Under the pieces are notes generated by a model. That model was not told where the DNA came from, did no database searches, and was given only the letters and a program-made list of their open reading frames with translations. A stretch of 37,205 nt of DNA, taken from contig NMRA01001232.1 of the NCBI GenBank assembly GCA_002633005.1, positions 1 through 37,205 on the forward strand. Reading direction: 5' to 3'. The position numbers and the translations under genes were made by a program. This DNA comes from Phoronis australis. Taxonomy: Eukaryota; Animalia; Phoronida. Below are positions 12,705-23,319 of the stretch, piece by piece. Numbering within the stretch: position 1 is the stretch's first letter; the number at the start of each line of letters is the position of its first letter.

Positions 12705-12985
12705 ATTTTTTGCGGCAATCTTGGCAGCCATCTTGGATTTTCAACAATGGTGCCGGTAAAATGGATTTTGCCCAATATCTCTGCTTATGGGTCACTTAGA
12801 ATGTTGGTTTTTATGGCTACACCTGCATTTCTAAGGTCACGGAATTGGAAATTTTATTTTTTTGGGCGCCATCTTGGATTTTTAAAAATTGCGCCCGTAA
12901 AAAAAATTCCTCAGTATCTTTGTTCTTGGGTCACATAGAATGTTAGTTTTAATGGTTGCACCCACATTTTTGTGGTCTAGAGATC
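12705..12985. repeat. Two diverged ~140-bp tandem units inside a non-autonomous element
   Basis: GCCATCTTGGATTTT at 12727 and 12868; GGGTCAC(T/A)TAGAATGTT at 12789 and 12928. Confidence 0.8.
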
Positions 12986-13018
12986 TGAATGGGTAAACAT
13001 TACAAAAGAGGGTACGTA

Positions 13019-13235
13019 AAAAACAATTGCAGGCGGTCTGATACACAATGTACAAGACATGCACAGGCCTCGCATGTGGGCCCCTTGAGCAGATCACATG
13101 GAACTATTTTATGTTTTATTATGGTTAAAACCGAGCTGAGAAGCTTGAAACCTGGCTCAAGTGTTTAGCAGTGTGACTAGAACCCACGACCTCCAGTAAA
13201 GAAAGTGGGCACTTTTCAACCAGGCCACACTGCCT
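13019..13235 (-). mobile_element. tRNA-derived SINE, copy 2, with probable 9-bp TSD
   Basis: Minus strand reads AGGCAGTGTGGCCTGGTTG...GGTCGTGGGTTCTAGTC...CAGACCGCCTGCAATTGTTTTT. Flanked by the direct repeat GGGTACGTA (13010-13018 and 13244-13252). Confidence 0.72.
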
Positions 13236-14071
13236 CCTCTAAGGGGTACGTACACTACATCACTGTTTCTGCATCACACGGTAACATGATGCTGTGCGGC
13301 CATTTATTTTTCTTTGATGACAATAAGCACCATGTTGTTATATAAAAGGCAATAATTTAATTTGCGGTGACCATTTGTGTTACTGAATTCCACATTGGGG
13401 TTACGTACACTACATTTTGTTAGCACTTTTGGCGAATTTTCAACATAGTACCACCGAGTCAATATCCAAACTTTTGGTTTCTTTAGACATTGAATAATTT
13501 GCTGTGTTTCCTAGGCTAACATATTCTGCAGTTTTTTTTTTACGGAGTGTTAACTTTGGTTTTTAACCTTCTTTACAGTAGGTGAGAATTAGAAATGCCG
13601 AATTTACAAATTTCGTAACGAGTGCCCGTTTTATGATGGACCCATTTCTAAACGATTATTAAGCACAACTTCATCTCAGTGATTCTGAAAGTGACTCAAG
13701 TTATTTATATCTAAGCGGTCATACAGCACACATCACGACCGGTGGGAAATTGGTCGACGACCGTTCGAAGACTGGCCGTCAAGCCGACCAACAACGGCCT
13801 GCTAGGAACCGTCTGCGGTCGGCATTTGGTAAGTGGTCGCCTAGCAGAGACGACCAATTCGGTTGATGCGTGTCCTTGGTCGGGCAATTGCCATTTTATG
13901 ACTTATAGCTGGTGAACATTGGCCAAAGAAACATTTAACTGTTCGCTGTTCGTTCACCAGTGGCCACTCCGGTCTTGACATCGATTTATCAACTTTTGTT
14001 CAACTATTCAAAGGTGGCAAAATCGAATCATTCTACAAATACGAATTCCATGAATTTACATCAATATAAAG

Positions 14072-15616
14072 TTTATGTTGAATTGTTCACGGCGTGGTAA
14101 AATCAAACGTTGAATTATATCACATCAACAAATTTTCGAGCTCTAGATATGAGACTGTTTATACGTGAGCATTATGCATAAAAAGTATCAACAACCAAGA
14201 AATTTGAAATGTTACAGTAAATGCGCATACATATCAGAATACAACGCAGGATGGTTTACGTACAGGGGAATGCTCAACAAGTAGCACGCATTTGCTCTCA
14301 TTTGTTATTACGTTTGATCATCAAGACTTCATCGCACTGTATATTGCACTTGCCCCAGATAATTATTGTTATTTGTTGTACAATTTCTTAATGTGTTGTT
14401 ACAATGGTTTGAACATAGCGCAGATATTATGATCATGGACGCATGGAAACGGAAGAATGTGATCGGTTTTTGTGTCATTGTTTTCACTTTCGGAGAAAAA
14501 ATCGTTTCGAAGTTAGAACTTTCCTGTTTAGCCAGTTACAGCTGTATGAAAACTATCGTCAAAATACAGCAAGGTGCCCCTGTGTACTGAGCTCCGACAT
14601 ACCACGAAATTGCACATAGCCCGGATAGTTACACTCGTCACCTCGTCGTGAAACTTGCATCAATATGAGCTAAAAACCTGCTGGAGTGCATGCAAAATCT
14701 GTGAGTCAGTTGAACTCACCATTCCCTTTACAGCCGTTTATTTGAAAAATATCCAAGGCATTTTTCTTACGTAATTTTCCGCCTTTTGTAACAAAGAAAG
14801 GTATGTCGTCGTTTTGAAAGGAGTACAATCGGGACATGCGCCACTTCCCGAATTTCTTCGACATCTGCCATGAAATGATGATAACATCTCAGCAAAATTT
14901 ATTCTAAAATTCGCTTTACTGATATCAAAATTCTAAAAACTTATAATGAAGTGAAACCAGATCTGATCATTTCTTGTGACGTTTACGCAACCTCGAGGAA
15001 GAACGTTTGATTGAAGAATCTTGGAAAAAGAAACTGGCTAATAGGGGAGGCAAAACGTCATTGCGCGGAAAGCCGACGCAAAAGATCACACCACAAGTGT
15101 AGCAGCAGAATAACGTTTACTTAGAAACCAGTTTTTGCAACGCAGGTAAATAATTTAGATTAATCAAAGAAGATTTCATTTGGTCAGTTTTACTCCACAT
15201 CGGCGCAAAGTTGTATATTTAATTCAGTTAACAGCTTCGCACCTAGGCCAGAGCCTTCCGAGCCCTTTGGAGTAAGAACACAGTACTTCGCGTTTCGCGT
15301 CTACTCCAATGGGTACAACTCTGAAACTTAAGTCTTCGGAGTAACTCGGTACATGTAATCGAAAAGAAAAGTTACCAGGTAGTCTGCGTTTTCAAGTAGA
15401 GCGTAAAAATTATTAACCCAGTGATTCAAAAAGAACACTCTCGCAAACGAAAACTCGGACAATTTACAGTTCTATGACACGTTTTAAAAAACAACGTGTA
15501 TAAGTTTATTGTATCGATTCAAGTGGTCAACAGGTCAAAGCAAAATTCTAAATGGGGGCGCTATTACAAACCTTTGGCATGAATCAGTGTTATAATAACT
15601 GATTTTGACCGACGTT
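14072..15616 (+). repeat. 1.55 kb direct repeat, copy A
   Basis: Collinear with 16264-17823. For example, 14974-15019 is identical to 17183-17228 (46 bp), and CATAAAAAGTATCAACAACCAAGAAATTT is present in both copies. Confidence 0.95.
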
Positions 15617-16263
15617 TATTCATCAACAATATAGGCAGACCAGTTACAGAAATTGGCCGCTTTTTAACTTCTTATGGCAATGATACAAATACTTTTTTCT
15701 CCCATGATTGATAAAAAGTTTTACTGAGATGAGGTATAATGCAATATGCTGTAATACTGTATGCAGAGACATGAAATTTGAGACGTTCTCTTATCATTCC
15801 TTGTAAATCTGTGGCACTTTTTTCATCGTTTTCTTTCATTTGTATGTCTATGAACGCACGTGTGGTCTTCAGATGTAGAATCTGGGCTACCATATGTAGT
15901 TTTTGTCATATCCTTTTAGTTCACGTTCTTCCGAAAAAATATGAAAATGATTGTTTGTTTTCAAAGCAGCGGAAGAATTGTGATTAGATACAAATGTGAA
16001 TGGCTTATTGTACGCGTACGTGCTAGTCACACTTATTATATATTATTCAACCGATATAAACTGATGCCTAAGAACGTGCTGCGTGTCAGTGACCCTGCAA
16101 TCAGTATGCCGTGAACTTTGTTTATCAAAACTTTGAGGACATGCTTTGTACTTAGCCTCGGTTGCTTAATGTAGGGCCGTTACGACACACGACTCTGAAA
16201 GTTTTGAAACCGCAACTGTTTCTTTACTCAGATACGTTAACTTGCACCAACGTAAATGTAATC

Positions 16264-17823
16264 TTTATGTTGAATTGCTGACGTCGTGGTGAAATGAAAC
16301 GTTAAATGATATCGTGGAAACGCAATTTCAAACTGTAGATACGAGACTTTTTATACACGTACATTATCCATAAAAAGTATCAACAACCAAGAAATTTACA
16401 ATGTTACAGTTCAATTTCATAAAAATCAGAATACAACGCTGGATGTTTTACCACATTTGGTGTTTTCATGCCGGGGAATGCTCAACAAATAGCACGCATT
16501 TGCGCTCATATTGCTCTTGATCATCACTTCATCAGGCTGTATATTGCGCTTCCCACAGACAATTATTGTTTATTTTAGTACAGTTTCTTAATATGTCGGA
16601 ACAGCAATAGAACAAAAAATATTTTAGGAGCAACATAAACAATGGTTTGAACATAGTGCAGATATTCAGATCACGGGCGCTTGAAAACGGAGGAATGTGA
16701 TCGGTTATAGTGTTAGACATGATCCATCATCATTCTCAATTTGTTGGAGTAAAAAATAGTTTCGAAGTTAGACCCTTCGTATATAGCCAGCTAGCTGTAT
16801 GAAGACTATCATCAACATACAGCAAGGTTCAACGGTGTACTGAGCTCCGACAGACCTCGAATTTGCACACAGCCCGGATAGTTTCTTCACCTCGTCATGA
16901 AACTTTTATTAACATGAGCTAAAGACCGGCAGGTGCGCATGTAAAATCTGGAAGACACCCAACTTGCCCGTTACAGCCGTCATTTTCTCGCGTAATTCTC
17001 CGTCTGTTGTAGCAAAGAAAGGTATGTCGTCGTCTTGAAAAGAGTATATTAGTTACACGGTCTAATTTCATCATCTCCCATGAGAAGATGACAACATCAC
17101 AGCAAATTTTTTTCTAAAATTCGATTTACGGATATCAAATTCTTAAAACATATTATTAAGTGAAACCAATTCTGATCATTTGTTGTGACGTTTACGCAAC
17201 CTCGAGGAAGAACGTTTGATTGAAGAATGTGGGAAAAAGAAACTGGCTAGTATGTGAAGCAATATTGGATAGCGCCGAAAGCCGGCCCCAATCATCACAT
17301 AAACAATGTTAGCAGCAGAAGGACGGTATAAAACCCGTTTTTGCAACGCCGGTAAATAATAGTTTACCCAAGGAAGATTTTATTTGGTCAGTTAATACGC
17401 ACATCGGTGCAAAGTTGTATATCTAGTTTAGTAAACAGCTTCGCACCTAGGCTAGAGCCTTTTGAGCCCTTTGGAGTAAGAACATAATACTTCGCGTTTC
17501 GGGTCTAGTCCATGGGGTAAAACACTGAAAATAAAATCTTCCGACAGACTCGGTACATGTAACACTAAATAAAAGTTCCCAGGTATTCTGAGTTTCCATG
17601 TAAAGCGGAAAAATGATTAAAACACTGATTCAAAAAGAACACTCTCACAAACGAAAACGGATACAATTTTCAGTTCTGTGGAACAGGTTAAAAGCAACAT
17701 GTACATGTATAAGTTTAATGCATCGCTTCTAGTGGTCACCAGGTCAAGACAAAACTGTTAAGGGGACACACTTTCAAACCTTTGGCATGAATCAATGTAA
17801 CAAAATTTATTTCGACTGACGTT
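16264..17823 (+). repeat. 1.55 kb direct repeat, copy B
   Basis: Collinear with 14072-15616, with many substitutions and small indels. Confidence 0.95.
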
Positions 17824-19059
17824 CAACAATGTAGCCAGAACATACATTTTCTATGCAAAATTAAACCCGGGCCAAACATGTTTACACTCCAGGACCAAAA
17901 AAGTATCTCAAAACAAGAACTTTTGCATGTACTTAAGCAAGAATTAAAACAGTTCAATATATTGAGATTGTTTTCAAACAGCTGACCTAAAAACTGCAAG
18001 ACCAAAGGACACCACGTCAAGACCTATAATTTACCACGTGAGTACCAACAAGTCTTCACTTTAGGATCAGAATTAAACACGACCCAACTAAAAAATTTAT
18101 AAGTCAGGTTCAAAAAGTTACCATGTCGGGAACTTTTCACCCCAGGACACAACGTCATCATCTCCAAGCATTGGTCCTTCAAAGTGATAACGTCTGTACT
18201 ATAAAGACGGGCTAAGCCTTCAACGTCTCAACGACGACAGACCTATTATCTTGGAAATGCGGTTGAATTTCTTTGGTCTCGTCCAAGTTTTACAATAGAT
18301 AGCAATGCATAGGAACACACTGAATTGTTATCATTGCATAGTGGGTGGTCACATTTCCCCTGATTAAACGATATATCCCTATTGAAGAAGGTATTAATCT
18401 ACAATGCAACTAGTTCCTCGTAACTACCGCACACGTTAACACAACATAAGTCACGCTAGAACTAAACCTTAATTTGCCGACCTGTCAACGGCCGGTGATC
18501 GACTCCTAGCCGCCCGGTCGGTAAAAATTCGTGATGTTTGCTGTAGATATGGGGTCACTACTCGTGCGTTATCTGAGAAAAGTCATTCAGAAATTTAGTA
18601 TTTGCTATCGAGCACAAAAGTTAAAGTACCACATAACAAAGATAAGAATAAATTAATCAGTGCATTAACTACTTGACACCGAGTGAAGGCTTTTTCCATG
18701 TACATAAACATACGTACATGAAAGTGACAAACATTTGTTCAAGCTCTGGTGTGCATATCTTTTAAGGACGGTCACCGTGTTGGGCTTCACTTCGTGAAGA
18801 TTGTTATCGTATTAAAGACGTGGAACCATTAGCTGTTATCGGTGAGTATTCAACAGCGATTTGAACCAATGATGCACGGTAATACTCACGTGCGTATTAA
18901 GCAGTGTGATATGACGTGGTGTCGTTTGTGTCAGACTAATTTCCTACCAGTGAACTTTTCGGAACGTGAAATTAGTGTGTCAGAATATACATGTAGTCTG
19001 ACAGTATTTTTAGTTGTATTGTTTTGTTTTGTTATTCTGTTTGATTGGCATGACCCCTG

Positions 19060-19636
19060 AGTTACAGTAAGTACAATGATGATGTAATTTGTCTACTATA
19101 GAATAGTATGGAACTTTCTAGTAGACTCTAGCATGACAGTGATTAATGCAGTCTGGAATATTCTAGAGACTAGTATGTGTTTGTAGAATGGTTGGGTAGA
19201 TTCAGGAAAGTTCTAGAATGTGCTTCAATTGATGAAAAGTTCCATAACCATGCATTAGGCTATAAATACACAAGCACGGGTTTGTGTTAGTCAGATCAAG
19301 TCAGTTCAAGAGAACATCAAGTCAGTTCAAGAAAGTTTATCAGAATTACAGTTGAGCTGCAGTGAAAAGAATCAGCAGTTACAGCGACGGTCAATAGAGA
19401 GCCAGCTATAGAGACAGCAAGTTATTGAATCGACGAGTGTAACAGTTGCTGAACGTGTCTCAGAAGTTCATCGCAAGTCAAGGGTTCGCAGCACTGGCTG
19501 GAGCATAAACAGACATTACGTCGGACGTTTTGTTTGAGTAGGCTTGTGAACGTACGGTCAGGATTAATAAAGGATTAACTCGAACCAGTCTTCAGTCTAT
19601 TGTCGCACCGAAAGCTATTAGCACCGGTCTGTAACA
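19060..19636 (+). mobile_element. Solo LTR of an LTR retrotransposon
   Basis: Ends (A)GTTACAG...CTGTAACA (canonical TGTTACAG with the first base changed). Flanks CCCTG/ACCTG form a 5-bp TSD with 1 mismatch. TATAAA at 19261, AATAAA at 19566, 577 bp. No PBS or internal region follows. Confidence 0.8.
19201..19218. promoter_or_regulatory. Perfect 4-unit heat shock element in LTR U3
   Basis: TTCagGAAagTTCtaGAA is four alternating nGAAn units, ending 42 bp before TATAAA. Further GAAnnTTC cores at 19111 and 19156. Confidence 0.7.
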
Positions 19637-20043
19637 ACCTGCACCCACCCACACACGGGAAAAACGTGACATAGTGTAGATTTGTAAAAAAAATCGCTAC
19701 GCTCTTGACGTTTTGTGTTTCCGCTGTCTCGTTTTAGAATAAATTGACACTAATAGTTCTGGCAGAAAACACTAATTAAACGTGGTACATTTATTCACAT
19801 GAAGATCGACAAATTTCAATCAGTTGTCTCTATATAAAGATAGATATCGCTACCAATGCCTCTCCTAAAATGTAACAAATTGTTACTTTTCATGTAGTTG
19901 TTACAATTTACGTCGAATGCATATGGGAGTACGGTATCATTAGTACATTTTGCGAAAAAATCAACCGCTAGGCCACGATTGTTTGACTTATTTGAGCCAG
20001 TGTGTAATTACATAGAAGTGTTCGCTAATGCGATAATTGCCCG

Positions 20044-20296
20044 GGTTCCCCTTCCACGAAACTGATTTAAGCTCATTTTTGATTTAAATCTAAGATTTGT
20101 CTCAACTTTCAAACTTTGAAACTACCATTTCCGACAAGATAGCAAAAATTAAGACAAAACCTATGTGAAAAATTTAAATCAAACTTATGATATCTTTCTT
20201 GACACGGACTACAGACCAATATAAATTTTATCTTGAAATTGGCTGAAATTTAAGATTTGTCTTAGCTAAGTCAGCCAGTTTTATTGGAATGGGACC
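20044..20296. mobile_element. MITE, PIF/Harbinger-like
   Basis: Imperfect TIRs GGTTCCCCTTCCACGAAACTG / CAGTTTTATTGGAATGGGACC, 3-bp flanks CCG/CTG, AT-rich interior with TAAGATTTGTC repeats. Confidence 0.55.
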
Positions 20297-20776
20297 CTGC
20301 TCCACACAAAATGGGGAAATCAAAGTTTCTTACATCCGCGGCTGCTGGCGATAGTTGAACAAATCTAATGACAAAATACATCTTATCGTTTCGCGGGCTT
20401 CTTATTTCTCCAGTACACGGTTATATCACAAACAATACCATGCTTTTCGATTCTTCAGAAATAACCATTTTATGATGTTGGAGCACGTATAAACAATATT
20501 TTAAACCTCAAAACCGTCGTTTCAAAAACTCTCCCTACCGTACATCCACAGCTGTCAGGACGTTTCTCACAATATCGTAAATGTTGATTATTGGAACCTA
20601 TTTAAAGGACAATACCACCCGATTTAATTAGTCGTTTTTGCCGTCTAATGGGTCTATATCCACATCATCTCTTTTACGATCGATCTTACCTCGTCGAGAG
20701 GTGTCGCGTTTAGCTGTGACGAAGGCGAGAAATGACGCAGCGACGTCAGTGGTTCTTCAGCAGAGTGAGTACCGCT

Positions 20777-21080
20777 ATGGTGTGGTGTATCGTTCCCGCT
20801 TGTGCGAACTTAAGGTGCGAGGAATGCTGTTGTATCGTTTTTTTTCGATTTTCTCGAGAGCTCGTAATGGTTCGGAAGTACAATATGTACCTCACGGCAG
20901 TGAAGAATGAAAAGTACGCCGTTAATACCAAGTATGAGGTCGTGAAATATCTCTGTGACTGTGGCCGGCATTTTGTCGACAGTAATTTCACTGACGAATG
21001 CCAGCTTACCAAACAGCTCATACCAGCGAAAAAAAGGACTGAGGATGAAGTTAGAAGCTGTGCCTAGTGTGTTTGCCTTC
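20777..21080 (+). pseudogene. THAP zinc-finger domain remnant (transposon-derived)
   Basis: MVWCIVPACAN...FFRF...CGRHFVDSNF and, after a frameshift probably at the A-run (21029-21035), KLEAVPSVF. This is the THAP C2CH plus AVPTIF-box signature. Confidence 0.8.
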
Positions 21081-22671
21081 AGCGGGCAGGAGACAAAGAA
21101 ACGCGGATAAGTTCTTGATCAGGTTTTCATTATGGAGAATTGTATTTTAATTGTAATTGTTTATGTTTTCATGGCCAACTACAGTTGAAACTCAAGGAAT
21201 TAGCACATAACGTTTATATGAACTGTTTGAGGACTTACTAGTTCGTCAGGCTTTCCTTGGTCCTCTGGGAGTAGGACGTTATCGCCATTATTTTTGCAGC
21301 CCTAAAATGTAAGCACACCTGTTTTTAGATGCAGAGCAAAATCGGGATGGTTCGTGAGGGAAACTGTGCTTTTGTAAGAAGGCGTGTCACTTGCTGAATT
21401 TTGTGACACCGTAAGCAAGCGTCAGTCGTTTCCATTACCGTGGAGTTAGCACACTGACAAGTCGTTCAAACGGCTTTTGGAACTTTTCATATATCCCGTT
21501 GTGTGTACACGTTCACGGCGCCTCTCTACTAATTCTTGAAGCAGTGCACTTCGGTTCGAACTGATAGCCTGTGAAACCTAACGATCGACCTGTGACGTCT
21601 GCGTCATATGAGCACTCGATTCAGTCGAGATTCCGAGTAGTCATGTTGATGTTTATTAGTCTGCATTCTGTTTTAAAATGAAATTTTCTCACCCTAACCA
21701 ATGCTTTTATAAATTCAAACAAAGCCTGTCTTATTACATACAATTTGTAATGAATTTGGAGTGTTCGTGAGTGCAAATGTTTCTAAAAGCCAGCAGTAAA
21801 AAACCATTGTGTTACCGGCTTAAGATGCAAGAAAGCTATTTGACAGGACACCGAGGCCATGTGAGCGCATGGTAATTCAATGTCTGCTGGCAAAAAGCTA
21901 GTGTGAAACGATAACTTGATTTTATATCCCTTGGTCAGATATTAGGGGAATCTTTATTTGGACTCATTTTAACTGTACAGCTTTTGCCCTGACGGTTCTG
22001 TGGAAGGGGAGCCGGACTTCGTGGCCCGACGAGTACAGTTTTAAGTAGATTCGCCGTTAATTCGCCAAAATAATCACGTGCACAGTAATTCCTTGGCTCA
22101 CTATTCAAGCCTTTTTGGGACTGGAAGTTTAGTTTGTAACTTTGGCTAGTTTATGTTCGTGATGTCTTAGTCCGGGCGCGACCGGCCTAATCGGGTTCCG
22201 AGCGACTGACTGGGATAACAAGCGTATTGAGTGTTTAGAACTTAAAAAAAATCTAAATCGCAACTCTAAAATTACAACACACCGCTGCTTGTATGTTCCC
22301 CTGTCTTTTTTCCACGAAAGAATAATTCGAATGTATATCTCCGAACAGAACCCAAGCTCCCGCAACCGAACTTGGTAAATTGGCTTACCGAACTCTGTTG
22401 GCTACGGTACATTCAAATACCTATAAATCCACAACAGCGAAATAAAACAACACGTTTGTTCAATAACTCGATGTATTTTTAGGGCTTTACATAAAATTTT
22501 GATAATCTATTGGTCTAAAACGACTAATTCAAGCAATAAGCCGACATCAGTAAGCATGTTGTGAACTGCTGAATAGAACGCGTTCCAACCTGTGACGTCA
22601 ATGGTTACTTTCAAAACCTCCGTCTGCCATCAGGTAAAATAATTGTACTTGCTGATAACGAGTAGAACTAT

Positions 22672-22711
22672 TACTGCTACTACTACTACTAACGACGACG
22701 ACGACGACGAC
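22672..22711. repeat. Compound (TAC)n/(GAC)n microsatellite
   Basis: tactgctactactactact followed by (acg) repeats. Confidence 0.85.
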
Positions 22712-23268
22712 ATACCTAGAATGCTGTGATGCGCTGTGAAATGTGACAACTGTTATATTTTATATCACGCTTACATTTTACGTGGCTAAGCCTTTCTTAA
22801 ATTCTTAAAAGACGTTACTTTAATGTTACAGTTTACGTCGAATGTGCATTCGAGAAATGAAACATTGTTACACTTTACGAAACCAACGTCAAAAATGACC
22901 AAAATCACGAAAAGGTGGTATCTGACACGGAAGAGGTATTTTTTGGATGAGGAGTGCCCCCGAAAATTTGTACACTTAGTCACTTTTAAAAGCCGTACTA
23001 AGAATGGGCTGGGACAGAAAAGTGACCTATTTAATGAATAATTTTGTGTAAAAATTCACAATTTCGCAATTCTGTTCCAGAAGTTCAGAAAATGTACCCT
23101 TTATGAAAGTATTTTTTTCAAAAATGGCATCAGTTTGGAGACTATATTTTGTTGTGAAAACACACAACTGTGGGTGGCACTTTGCTCATAACTCTTGTAC
23201 AGGAATACCGTCCAAGTTGACACGGGTGCATTTGGGTAAACATTATCAGTATCGTCAACATTGTCACC

Positions 23269-23319
23269 ATGACGATGATGATGATGATGATAATGATGAT
23301 TAGGATAACGATGACGATG
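23269..23319. repeat. Degenerate (GAT)n microsatellite
   Basis: atgacgatgatgatgatgatgataatgatgat... Confidence 0.85.

Larger units (their letters stand above)
13722..18545. mobile_element. ~4.8 kb non-autonomous TIR DNA transposon
   Basis: Inverted termini TACAGCACACATCACGA (13722-13738) and TCGTGATGTTTGCTGTA (18529-18545) match at 16/17. GC-rich subterminal zones at both ends share GCCGACC..CAACGGCC. No transposase ORF seen. Confidence 0.65.
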
